From positions 1 to 53,990 of the forward strand of contig JABIYX010000152.1 in NCBI GenBank assembly GCA_018666575.1: a stretch of DNA of 53,990 nt. Reading direction: 5' to 3'. The stretch comes from Methanobacteriota archaeon (lineage in GTDB: Archaea > Thermoplasmatota > Poseidoniia > Poseidoniales > Poseidoniaceae). The position numbers were made by a program, and so were the translations under genes. This document shows, one piece after another, positions 18,615 to 27,693 of the stretch. The notes under the pieces are model-generated. The model made no database searches, had not been told where the DNA came from, and saw only the letters and a list, made by a program, of their open reading frames with translations. Positions within the stretch are counted from its first letter, which is position 1, and the number at the start of each line of letters is the position of its first letter.

Positions 18615-19580
18615 TCACACTAGATCTTTGTGATTCGGTTCTGCTCGGGCTTGTACGATGGTTCGATACACACCAAATATAGCCCATAGAGCGCACATTC
18701 CGAGAACGAAACTGTAACCCCATGGTTGGGCATCATCGACAGCCCATCCAAAGGCTAAGAGCAATCCTAAGCCGACTAAGCCTCTTCTGATACCTTGTGG
18801 AACTGCGAGTCTCATGTCAAGATGCTTTGGTCCTCCTCCAAATCTTCGCTCGTAGAATTCACCTTGAACAACTGCTCCTACAAGGATAATAGCAAGAGTC
18901 GACCAATAGAAGATGTTCCCGTTTGAAAAGAAGTCATCAGCGATTCCTTCCTGTCGTTCTGCTTCTTCGACTGCTGGATCGATATCCGCTACAAAGAGTG
19001 ATTCGAAGTCACCTACGCTAATTGTGCGAAGGGCTAATCCTTCTTCATCATCGTTCGTTGTTGAATCTGGAGCAGAGATAAAGAAGGAAAGAATATTCCA
19101 TTTATCACCTTCATTTGCTCCATTCTGTCCATCAACTGCATTGCCGACCAGAGTGAAGGAAACTTCTCCAACATCTTCGGTTGGTGCAATCCAAGATACA
19201 ACCCAACCATTTCCTGGTTCTGAGTGAGAGACTGCTGTTGGTTCAGCGGGAACTTGTTGTTGGCCTTCTCCCGCTGTCAGTGTTCCGACTCCATAGCTCC
19301 ATAGCATGAATCCACCTTCGCCATAGGAGGCATGTTGGAGGTTTATTGTGAAATCATACGAGGCTCCTACGTCGTAAGAACGTGGAATTCCAGAGATCGA
19401 AACAACGACTTCAGTCGATGGTTGACCGTTTACAGGACCGCCTACTCCGTGGCAGGTACAACCGCCTTCGATGGTCAGACCGCCTTGGCTATTTTCCCAA
19501 GGTGGACCGTTGGGATTAGCAATGACTGGTGCAATAAGACAGACAGCCAAGAGAAGAATTAGTAGAGTTCGTGAACGCAT
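18615..19580 (-). CDS. exported protein with N-terminal beta-sandwich-like domain (GCTCHG motif), acidic linker and two C-terminal TM helices
   Basis: Signal peptide MRSRTLLILLLAVCLIAPVIA, then GGCTCHGVGG, GGFMLW and WVVSWIAPTEDVGEVSFTLVGNAVDGQNG..GDKWNI (reeler/DOMON-like pattern, weak). Two hydrophobic helices lie near the C-terminus. Confidence 0.6.
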   Translation of the reverse strand: MRSRTLLILLLAVCLIAPVIANPNGPPWENSQGGLTIEGGCTCHGVGGPVNGQPSTEVVVSISGIPRSYDVGASYDFTINLQHASYGEGGFMLWSYGVGTLTAGEGQQQVPAEPTAVSHSEPGNGWVVSWIAPTEDVGEVSFTLVGNAVDGQNGANEGDKWNILSFFISAPDSTTNDDEEGLALRTISVGDFESLFVADIDPAVEEAERQEGIADDFFSNGNIFYWSTLAIILVGAVVQGEFYERRFGGGPKHLDMRLAVPQGIRRGLVGLGLLLAFGWAVDDAQPWGYSFVLGMCALWAIFGVYRTIVQARAEPNHKDLV

Positions 19581-19645
19581 GAGCCTTCCTCCAATGTTAC
19601 TGCCATCCCTAAGAGACCTTTCAACGTTCCTTATCCACCAGTAAA

Positions 19646-21061
19646 TCAGATCTCTTTTATGGCGTTATTCAAACCAGTCATCATGGCCTTTCCGTCACCG
19701 AACAACATCATTGTCTTGTCCATGTAGAAGAGGTCATTGTCGACGCCTGCATAGCCTACAGAGAGGGAACGCTTGATGATGACTACAGTACGTGCAGCAT
19801 CTGCATCGATAATTGGCATTCCGGCAAGTGGCCCTTCACCACTGCGAGCAGCAGGGTTCGTTGTATCGTTTGCTCCGATGACAATTGCAACGTCACATTC
19901 TGGGAATTCAGAGTTGATTTCATCCATTTCAATGAGTTGTTCATAGGGAACGTTTGCTTCAGCCAAGAGTACATTCATGTGGCCTGGCATACGGCCTGCT
20001 ACTGGATGAATCGCATACTTGACTTCTGTATCGAATTTCTCTGATACCAAATCTGCAAATTCCTTGACTTGGTGTTGGCATTGTGAAACAGCCATTCCAT
20101 ATCCAGGGACGATGATGACTTTCTGTGCGCCATCGATCATCATAGCTACTTCATCAGGGTCTGAACCAACCTTCGTTCGCGTCAATGATTCCTTCTCACC
20201 CGAGCCACCAAAGGACTTGAACAAGACATCAGCAAGTGTACGATTCATTGCCTTACACATGATGAAGGTTAGAATCAATCCTGAAGCACCAACAAGGGAA
20301 CCAGCGATAATGAGTGCTGAGTTTCCGATAATGAATCCAGTGAATGCAGCTGCGATACCAGACAACGAGTTGAGGAGTGAAACTACAACCGGCATGTCCG
20401 CTCCACCGATAGGAAGAACCAACACGAGTCCGAGTAAGCATGAGATGCCGATAATACTCCACAGATATGTGGTGTTTGTTGGGTCATCTATGCTTAGGTA
20501 AATGAGAACTGCAACAGCAATTACCAGCAAAACTTTGACCGGATTGAGCCAAGCAGGGCCCCATGTTGGTGTTTTGATCCACTTACCAAATACGCTTACT
20601 CCACCTTTGAGTTTGTACATAGCAAGAAGGGAACCGGTGAGTGTCATCCAACCGACCAAAGCAGATAGACCAGCAGCAACCATAGTAACAGTGAGTTCAA
20701 GACCAGTTGGTATAGTGCCACCATCGATGTACTTCTGGATCTCTGAGAGAGCAACAAGTGCTGATGCTGCACCACCAAATCCATTGAATAATGCGACAAG
20801 TTCTGGCATACCGGTCATTTCAACACGCACGGCCATGACATAGCCGATAAGTGAACCAAGGGCTATTCCTGCACCGATCAAGACCCATTCCGCATCTCCT
20901 TCGAGTTGCATACTGAGTATCGTTGTGAGTACTGCTACAAGCATACCGAGTGCACCGAGTTGATTGCCAAATGGTGCAGTTCTTGGATGCCCGAGTTTCT
21001 TCAATCCAAAAATGAAGAGAGCGGCAGATAGCAAATATCCGAGTGAAACCCAATCTTCCAT
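19646..21061 (-). CDS. pntB: NAD(P) transhydrogenase subunit beta
   Basis: Polytopic N-terminal half plus the C-terminal NADP(H)-binding domain (VIIVPGYGMAVSQCQH, HPVAGRMPGHMNVLLAEA, VIGANDTTNPAA). The start was trimmed to the ATG one nt after the pntA2 stop. Confidence 0.9.
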   Translation of the reverse strand: MEDWVSLGYLLSAALFIFGLKKLGHPRTAPFGNQLGALGMLVAVLTTILSMQLEGDAEWVLIGAGIALGSLIGYVMAVRVEMTGMPELVALFNGFGGAASALVALSEIQKYIDGGTIPTGLELTVTMVAAGLSALVGWMTLTGSLLAMYKLKGGVSVFGKWIKTPTWGPAWLNPVKVLLVIAVAVLIYLSIDDPTNTTYLWSIIGISCLLGLVLVLPIGGADMPVVVSLLNSLSGIAAAFTGFIIGNSALIIAGSLVGASGLILTFIMCKAMNRTLADVLFKSFGGSGEKESLTRTKVGSDPDEVAMMIDGAQKVIIVPGYGMAVSQCQHQVKEFADLVSEKFDTEVKYAIHPVAGRMPGHMNVLLAEANVPYEQLIEMDEINSEFPECDVAIVIGANDTTNPAARSGEGPLAGMPIIDADAARTVVIIKRSLSVGYAGVDNDLFYMDKTMMLFGDGKAMMTGLNNAIKEI

Positions 21062-21062
21062 T

Positions 21063-21374
21063 TCAAGCACCTCTTCTCTTCTTTCCAGCAATCATATTCA
21101 ACATACGATTCGTAACAAGGAATCCACCTACAACGTTAATCATTGCTAAAACTACAGCAACGAATGCTAGAATTCCAGAAATCTCAGTGTTTCCTGAATC
21201 ATAAGCAACATTTGCGCCGATAAGAGCACCGATGATGGAAATTCCAGAAATAGCATTTGCACCACTCATGAGTGGAGTGTGAAGTGTTGCTGGAACCTTT
21301 GTAATCAATTCAAATCCAAGGAAAATCGCAAGTACAAACAGTGTTATGTTTCCAATCAAAAAATCTGGTGTCAT
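21063..21374 (-). CDS. pntA: NAD(P) transhydrogenase subunit alpha part 2 (membrane)
   Basis: ~100-aa, 3-TM protein with HTPLMSGANAISGI and GGFLVTNRML motifs. It has an ATGA overlap with the upstream alpha-1 gene. Confidence 0.85.
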   Translation of the reverse strand: MTPDFLIGNITLFVLAIFLGFELITKVPATLHTPLMSGANAISGISIIGALIGANVAYDSGNTEISGILAFVAVVLAMINVVGGFLVTNRMLNMIAGKKRRGA

Positions 21375-22534
21375 TCGAGTGCACCTCCAAGGCGGGTTTG
21401 TTTAGGATGTAATGCCCCATCTTTACAGATGAGTACGCCACCCATTCCGTTGACATAGAAGTCGCTCCCTTCTGGGGCGCCTACGAGAATGTCATCTTCT
21501 TCTGAGATCTTTACTTCTCCTTCATCGACCAATGAGGTAATGAATGTTGTAAGGTTGTTTGAGTACAGCATACTTGCTGTGGTTGCAATTGTTCCAGGAA
21601 GATTTGATGTTCCCACAATGATGACACCATTCTCGGTGGTGATGACTTTACCTGCAACTGTGTCTTCGCAGTTTCCACCTACATCTGCATTCATATCAAC
21701 AACGACTGCTCCAGACTTGAAATTCTGAACGGCAGAAGAAGGAACTGTAATTGGTGCTGGTCGCCCAAAGATACGAGCAGTTGTAACGATGATATCTGCA
21801 TCAGCAGCAACACCGCATACTGTATCGTTTACTTTTTGAATAAATTCAGGAGTAAGAGGTTTAGCATAACCCGCTTCATCTTCAAAGTCGTCCATTCCAT
21901 CGACTTCGATGAATCGACCGCCAACGGATTCTATCTGTTCTGCTGCAGACTTACGAACATCTGAGGCATAGACAACTGCTCCGAGGCGTTTTGCTGTTGC
22001 AATTGCTTGAAGTCCAGCAACACCTGAACCCATTATGACGACCTTTGCAGGTCGAACTGTTCCTGCAGAAGTTGTCATCATTGGAATCCCCTTAGGGACC
22101 TGAGATGCTCCGAGGAGAACTGCTTTGTATCCTGCGAGATTATCTTGGCTTGAATTAACGTCCATTGATTGAGCTCGGCTTAGACGGCGTGGAATCATGT
22201 CCATGGAAAGCAATGTGATGTTTGCATTTATGCAATCTTTGACATGCTGTGGATTTCTAAAGGGATCCGAAACACAAGCCAAAGTCGTCCCTTCTGCAAG
22301 TCCATCAATTCCAGGGAATCGAATGGTGATGAGGTTAGCACAGGCAAGAGCATCTTCACGTGATCCTACAGTAGCGCCAGCCGCTGTGTAAGCATCGTCA
22401 GAGTAATTTGCGCTCTTTCCAGCACCAGTTTCAACGACCACTTCAAAACCAGCTTTGAGCAGTTTCTTCATGCTGGTTGGAACGATAGCAACTCGGGTTT
22501 CATCAGCGGGTTCTTTGAGTACTCCCAACTTCAT
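21371..22534 (-). CDS. pntA: NAD(P) transhydrogenase subunit alpha part 1 (alanine dehydrogenase-like dI)
   Basis: MKLGVLKEPADETRVAIVP start, VVIMGSGVAGLQAIATAKRLGAVV Rossmann motif, overall AlaDH/PNT fold pattern. The ORF-track N-terminal 27 codons were trimmed. Confidence 0.88.
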   Translation of the reverse strand: MKLGVLKEPADETRVAIVPTSMKKLLKAGFEVVVETGAGKSANYSDDAYTAAGATVGSREDALACANLITIRFPGIDGLAEGTTLACVSDPFRNPQHVKDCINANITLLSMDMIPRRLSRAQSMDVNSSQDNLAGYKAVLLGASQVPKGIPMMTTSAGTVRPAKVVIMGSGVAGLQAIATAKRLGAVVYASDVRKSAAEQIESVGGRFIEVDGMDDFEDEAGYAKPLTPEFIQKVNDTVCGVAADADIIVTTARIFGRPAPITVPSSAVQNFKSGAVVVDMNADVGGNCEDTVAGKVITTENGVIIVGTSNLPGTIATTASMLYSNNLTTFITSLVDEGEVKISEEDDILVGAPEGSDFYVNGMGGVLICKDGALHPKQTRLGGALE

Positions 22535-22666
22535 AATTACACCTATGTTTCGCCCACACAGAGGGGGTTCTTCAATGCCACCCTCCATCTCGATGGGGAA
22601 TTCGTTTGGGAACAACCATCTGAATTAAAGAGCGTCTCGTTCACAGAATCAATTGAGGAGAGAATT

Positions 22667-23605
22667 ATGTCCCGTGGAAGCCGTAAAATTGCAGTAATTG
22701 GAGCAGGAAATGTAGGTGCAACTTGTGCCTTTGTTCTATCAAATATGAAAATCGCCGACATTGTTCTCCTTGATATCTATGAAGGATTTGCAAAAGGAAA
22801 AGCATTGGACATGAGTCAGAATGCTAACGTCCTAAATTACAATGGAACAATCACTGGAACTTCTTCCTATGAGGACATTGCTGGTTCTGATGTTGTCGTC
22901 GTTACAAGTGGATTCCCAAGACAACCTGGAATGACTCGAGAAGATCTCATTGGTAAGAATGCTGAAATTATTGCACAGGTTGGTGCAGGTATTCGTGATC
23001 ACGCACCTGATGCTGTTGTTATCGTTGTCACAAATCCACTCGACCTCATGACTTATCACATGCAGAAAGTTACAGGATTCCCTTCGAATCGTGTTATTGG
23101 GCAAGCAGGAGTCTTGGATAGCGCTCGTATGGCTCACTTTATTGCATTGGAATTGGGATGTGCAGAAGAAGATGTCAGCCCAATGGTTCTTGGAGGCCAT
23201 GGTGATACTATGGTGCCACTTCCTCGATACACAACTGTTGGCGGGATTCCAATTACCCAGTTAATGAGTCAAGAGCGTATTGACGCCATTTCCGCACGCA
23301 CTGCTGGCGGTGGCGGAGAGATTGTCAAACTGCTTGAAAGAGGTTCTGCTTTCTATGCACCAGGTTCTGCAGCTGCTATCATGGCTGAATCGGTGCTCAA
23401 CAACCGCCGTCGCCTACTGCCTGCATCATGCCACCTAACCGGTCAGTATGGGCTCGATGAAGTTTACATCGGTGTCCCTTGTTTACTCGGTTCGAATGGT
23501 GTAGAACAAATCTTTGAACTCGATCTCTCTGAAGACGAACTCGCTTCCCTTCAAGAATCAGGTAACTTCTACAAGAATCAACTCAAAGATGTTCTCGGTT
23601 ATTGA
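22667..23605 (+). CDS. mdh: malate dehydrogenase (LDH-like family)
   Basis: KIAVIGAGNVGATCAF, VVVTSGFPRQPGMTREDL, VTNPLD, GGHGDTMVP. Confidence 0.9.
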   Translation: MSRGSRKIAVIGAGNVGATCAFVLSNMKIADIVLLDIYEGFAKGKALDMSQNANVLNYNGTITGTSSYEDIAGSDVVVVTSGFPRQPGMTREDLIGKNAEIIAQVGAGIRDHAPDAVVIVVTNPLDLMTYHMQKVTGFPSNRVIGQAGVLDSARMAHFIALELGCAEEDVSPMVLGGHGDTMVPLPRYTTVGGIPITQLMSQERIDAISARTAGGGGEIVKLLERGSAFYAPGSAAAIMAESVLNNRRRLLPASCHLTGQYGLDEVYIGVPCLLGSNGVEQIFELDLSEDELASLQESGNFYKNQLKDVLGY

Positions 23606-23646
23606 ACCGGCTATCCACAGGAAGCGCATTGCCACCTTGAATGGAT

Positions 23647-24297
23647 TCAAATTCTTCGAATGACCAGGGAATGTGTTTTTCCAGGAGTCGTAGCGTCATC
23701 AGGTTGTCCTTCGATTAGAACCAATGATTTTCCTGTGTTGTTTCGACTACGCATTCGAGTAAGAATCTCTTGCCCTACATAACATCCCTTTGATTCATGA
23801 ACAAGATGTTCGAGTCCACAATTGAATGGGTGCACTTGTTGAGTGATTTCGTATTCTTGATGGGGAAGGACATTTTGGATACGGTGTTCATTAAATTCTT
23901 CATCGCTCATTGTTGATTCAATAGAAATGGATTTTGGTACAACCAGAATCCAACCTCTAAACGTCTGAACCACAGTGACATTTTCAGTATCAGGATATTG
24001 ATCGAAGGAAATAAACACATTATTGAATTCGGAAATGTCACGAATTAAGACATCTTGTTGAAGAATTCGTGAATTGAGGTGCCCTACAAGGTTTTGTTTG
24101 AAGGAATTATGACCGACTATTGCAACATTATCTCCTACGCAAATCACTTCAACCATATCGATAATTTTGGCATTTTGTTTGGTAAAAACGGTTGTACACG
24201 TTCCTTCAACTTTGTTTGTGGAAAGACCATCTAAGAATTGTAAACTATCTTTTCCTGAAAGGAGTAAGACGTATGAGTCAAGTTGAAACACTCGCAT
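23647..24297 (-). CDS. YgfZ/IBA57-like folate-binding Fe-S cluster assembly factor (short form)
   Basis: GcvT-like N-terminus (LLLSGKDSLQFLDGLSTNKV) and the family signature KGCYVGQEILTRMRSR near the C-terminus. Confidence 0.7.
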   Translation of the reverse strand: MRVFQLDSYVLLLSGKDSLQFLDGLSTNKVEGTCTTVFTKQNAKIIDMVEVICVGDNVAIVGHNSFKQNLVGHLNSRILQQDVLIRDISEFNNVFISFDQYPDTENVTVVQTFRGWILVVPKSISIESTMSDEEFNEHRIQNVLPHQEYEITQQVHPFNCGLEHLVHESKGCYVGQEILTRMRSRNNTGKSLVLIEGQPDDATTPGKTHSLVIRRI

Positions 24298-24306
24298 GAG
24301 CGTTCC

Positions 24307-24687
24307 TCAAGCAAAGGATTCGCCGCAACCACATGAACTGGATGCGTTTGGGTTATTGATCTTGAACCCGCCACCCATTAATCGATCGACATAATCAACT
24401 TCGATGCCATCAAGAAGATGAGAAGATGCATTTGGAACGAGTACTCGGAAACCAGAAATTTCAATTTCTTGACAGTCGATGTCCGTGGTTTCAACAATTT
24501 GTAAATCATACATATATCCTGAGCATCCACCGGACAAAACACCTACAAGAAGTGCATGACTTCGGTCATCCCCAAAGGCTTCAGTAAGCATGTCTATTGC
24601 CTTTTCAGTGATGGTTAAATTCACATCAACTACTTCAGGTTTGATGATTTCAATAGCCGGGGCAGTCTCGCAAGTTCCACAGTCCAT
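24307..24687 (-). CDS. iscA: A-type iron-sulfur cluster carrier (IscA/ErpA/HesB family)
   Basis: GGCSGYMYDL and the C-terminal NPNASSSCGCGESFA are the three-Cys HesB signature. It lies 9 nt upstream of the YgfZ-like gene. The start could be GTG 24702. Confidence 0.85.
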   Translation of the reverse strand: MDCGTCETAPAIEIIKPEVVDVNLTITEKAIDMLTEAFGDDRSHALLVGVLSGGCSGYMYDLQIVETTDIDCQEIEISGFRVLVPNASSHLLDGIEVDYVDRLMGGGFKINNPNASSSCGCGESFA

Positions 24688-24729
24688 GGTAAGCCCACGC
24701 ACAGGTGGAATATGAATCTGACTTTCAAA

Positions 24730-27039
24730 TCAACTTCTTGAGAGTTTTTTCTTTCTCTCTTTTTCAAGGATGGTACAGCGACGAATTTGTTCCTTTGCAC
24801 GGCTTGTTTCTTCTGACGATAAACCACGAGGCATGGCTTGTTCATAGCACTTGATTGCATCCGGAAATCGTTCCATTTCTGCATAAGCAGTACCCATGTT
24901 ATAGAGTGTCTGACCTCGAACATTTGATGGGTCGATCATCATAGCCTTGTGGTATGATTCAACGCAAGCAGGATACTCTTCCATGAAGTAGAATGCATTT
25001 CCTCTTCCATTTAATATGCGAATAACCATTTCATTGTCATTTGCAAACGATGGTAAAGCCCGATCAAAGCTGGAAAGTGCTTCTCGATACTTTCCATCTT
25101 CAATCAACTGAACACCTTGATTATACCACGAAATATCCTGGTTTGATACGGAACTTGAACCAACACTTACTTGACTTGATGAGGCTATTATCGCTGAAGC
25201 ATCAAGTGCGGCCTTCGCCAAGTCTACTTCCACCTTTGGCTCTTCTCTAATTTCTTGGGCTCTTGGTTGAACTGGAGTGAGGAGCAAATTGTTCGCTACT
25301 GATTTTTCTTCTTCTGTAACGGTGGCTTGCACAGGTGGTGCCACATACTGTTGTTGTACTGGTTCCAGAGGAACTTGAGCAAATTGTTCAGCTTGCACAG
25401 GTTGTGCAGGCTGCGGTTCAGCCGCAATCATTGGGGGTGCTTGAGTTCCAGATTCTAGTTCGTTTGCTTTTGCATGGCATCGTTGTGCAGTGGCTAAATC
25501 CCCAGCCGCTTCTAATGACCGAGCAAGACCTTTCCAAAGACCGGAATTTTGTTTATCTGTTTGAATAAGTTCCTTCCAGATTTTCACTGCTTCGATATTA
25601 TCACCCTTGAGCGTCATTGCTCGGGCTCTTTGTTCTGATGGGCCTGGGGCTAAAAGGTCTAATGCGTATTGTGCCAATTGAGGTGCTTCGGGCATTGTTG
25701 GAGGAATACCCGTAATGTTCTCTAAAACATCCACTTCTTGTTCAGCACAGGACAGGAGGTGTTCAATGATTTCATTGCGTAATGCAGCATCATCTTGAAC
25801 CTCTAAGAAGGTCATTCCATGAGAGAGGACATCTCCGATATTTCCAGATTCCTTTGCATAATCAACGAGTTTCAAGCGGGCTTTTAGATGTCTGTTATCA
25901 AGTTCAATTGTACTTTCAAAGGCTTGTATTGCCTTCTCTGTTTGATCGTTTCGTGCATAAAGCGTTCCAAGATTATACCATCCACTTGCGACGGATTCAT
26001 CCAGTCGGGTTGCGTGTTCCAATGCAGCGATCGCATGAGAATCTAATTCCATTCGAGCCATTGCTCCACCCGCTATTCTCCATGCACCGGCATGATTAGC
26101 ACCAATTGTTTTGAGATGAGGCTTAAGCAAGGCTAATGCTTTCTTAGGTTCGCCTTGGCGAATCATTTCTGTGGCTTCAGCAGTGAGTTTTTCGAGATCA
26201 ATTTCTTCAATGATTGGAGCATTTTCGATCTCCGTTTCGATTGCTTCCTGAATCTCCGTTTCAATCTGTTGAGTTGCAGCAACTACTTCTGCTGCACTTT
26301 GGAGCTCTTCTTTGTCAAGATGTCCGTCTCCATCGATGTCGTGATGAACTGCTTCTGCTAAGATGGCTTCAGAATCTGAAACGCCTGAGTCGGCCATAAC
26401 GTTGACAAGAGTGGATTCATGATGTGTTGCCTTGGTCACAGTGGATTCGATTGCATCTGGGACTTCTTCCACGGATGCATTTTTTGAACGAGTTAGTACA
26501 TCTGTAAGACTTGGGTGGCCAGGAAAGAATTCTAGGCCTCTTCGAGCCATAGCAGCTGCTCCAACTTCGTCTCCAATTCTGTCTAGAAGAATAGCTAGGT
26601 TTGCGGTTGCAGGTGCGTGATCTGGATTGAGATCGAGGCAAATTTGGAACGCTTGTCTTGCTCCACGGGCGTCTTGTTGGGCTTCGAGCAGTACCCCTCG
26701 GTTGAACCAAGCCATGTCACAAGATGGGTCAAGAGCGATTGCTTTATTGAATGCAACCAAAGCGTCCTGAGGATTATTTGATCTTGAATGTGCTTCTCCT
26801 ACTCCAAGAAGTACATTGACTTGATCCTCGACAGATTCAGTTTCGGAAACTGCTTCTGAAAATTCCTTCGCCGGAGGTTCTGATGTCGAAGTTTGGACTT
26901 CTGCATCTTCTTGAACAATCGATTGTTCAGAGTTGTTTTCCTCGTCTGCAAGGCCTGCAGAGCGCATGGCATCGGCCATGTCATTCATCAATGAGTCTGA
27001 CATTTCTTTGTCCGCTTCACCATCGTTCATGAACTGCAC
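24730..27039 (-). CDS. TPR-repeat protein with acidic N-terminus and Pro/Gln-rich linker
   Basis: Multiple 34-aa TPR units (e.g. AWFNRGVLLEAQQDARGARQAFQICLDLNPDH; LYNMGTAYAEMERFPDAIKCYEQAM). No signal peptide. Confidence 0.75.
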   Translation of the reverse strand: MQFMNDGEADKEMSDSLMNDMADAMRSAGLADEENNSEQSIVQEDAEVQTSTSEPPAKEFSEAVSETESVEDQVNVLLGVGEAHSRSNNPQDALVAFNKAIALDPSCDMAWFNRGVLLEAQQDARGARQAFQICLDLNPDHAPATANLAILLDRIGDEVGAAAMARRGLEFFPGHPSLTDVLTRSKNASVEEVPDAIESTVTKATHHESTLVNVMADSGVSDSEAILAEAVHHDIDGDGHLDKEELQSAAEVVAATQQIETEIQEAIETEIENAPIIEEIDLEKLTAEATEMIRQGEPKKALALLKPHLKTIGANHAGAWRIAGGAMARMELDSHAIAALEHATRLDESVASGWYNLGTLYARNDQTEKAIQAFESTIELDNRHLKARLKLVDYAKESGNIGDVLSHGMTFLEVQDDAALRNEIIEHLLSCAEQEVDVLENITGIPPTMPEAPQLAQYALDLLAPGPSEQRARAMTLKGDNIEAVKIWKELIQTDKQNSGLWKGLARSLEAAGDLATAQRCHAKANELESGTQAPPMIAAEPQPAQPVQAEQFAQVPLEPVQQQYVAPPVQATVTEEEKSVANNLLLTPVQPRAQEIREEPKVEVDLAKAALDASAIIASSSQVSVGSSSVSNQDISWYNQGVQLIEDGKYREALSSFDRALPSFANDNEMVIRILNGRGNAFYFMEEYPACVESYHKAMMIDPSNVRGQTLYNMGTAYAEMERFPDAIKCYEQAMPRGLSSEETSRAKEQIRRCTILEKERKKKLSRS

Positions 27040-27134
27040 CTAACCTTCGGCATGACTGTTATGGCATAAGCATTGTTCCTTATTGGTTATACGATAATGC
27101 ATGGTTTCTTCTATCACATCTGCTTAGCATTGGT

Positions 27135-27689
27135 ATGGCAGAAACACCGCTACGTATTATGGGACTCTCAGGTTCTTATGGAATATCTTCGAAGAACGGA
27201 ATGCTTGTTGATTTAGCTCTAAGGAAAGCCGAGGCCTTGGGTGCTGAAATTATGTTTTGGGATCTGACTGAACATCCACTCCCTCTCGTGGGTGCTGAAG
27301 GCAGTTGGAGCGATCCAATGACTAAGAAATTCCAAGAAGCAGCATCAAATTGCGATGGATTCCTGGTATCCTCTCCCGAATATCACGGTACAATGTCTGG
27401 TGTTATGAAAAACACATTCGATTGGGTCTATGAGAAGCATGTTGGTGGCAAAGTTTTCGGTTTGATGTCGACACTTGGCGGCATGGAAAATTCAAACACA
27501 CTCAATCACATGAGGATTATGGTTCGATGGTTACACGGTATCGCTGTAACTCAACAACTTGCAATTGGGCATGTTAAAGATGCATTTGACGATGATGGTA
27601 ATTTAGTTGATGAAGATTCTGACCGTCGCTTACAAACACTTGTTGAATCAGTATTGAAAACCGCTGAAATGTATCGTAATTCTCAGTGA
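27135..27689 (+). CDS. NADPH-dependent FMN reductase (flavodoxin-like fold)
   Basis: RIMGLSGS...SSPEYHGTMSGVMKNTFDW is typical of the SsuE/ArsH/YieF family. Confidence 0.8.
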   Translation: MAETPLRIMGLSGSYGISSKNGMLVDLALRKAEALGAEIMFWDLTEHPLPLVGAEGSWSDPMTKKFQEAASNCDGFLVSSPEYHGTMSGVMKNTFDWVYEKHVGGKVFGLMSTLGGMENSNTLNHMRIMVRWLHGIAVTQQLAIGHVKDAFDDDGNLVDEDSDRRLQTLVESVLKTAEMYRNSQ

Positions 27690-27693
27690 TTCT

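Noticed and set aside
18615-19580. Calling the GCTCHG protein a c-type cytochrome
   Set aside because: The motif is CxCH, not CxxCH. With no other evidence I report it only as a question, not as a cytochrome annotation.
20019-20843. 160-aa and 113-aa ORFs antisense to pntB
   Set aside because: They are shadow ORFs of a well-conserved gene. No motifs were seen.
22535-22615. N-terminal extensions given by the ORF track: pntAA 22535-22615, ABC ATPase 41678-41764, queC 38203-38244, membrane protein 33852-33983, hutI 46454-46549, pntB 21062-21091
   Set aside because: The family N-termini begin at internal start codons. These starts also remove overlaps with neighbours or create the typical ATGA junctions.
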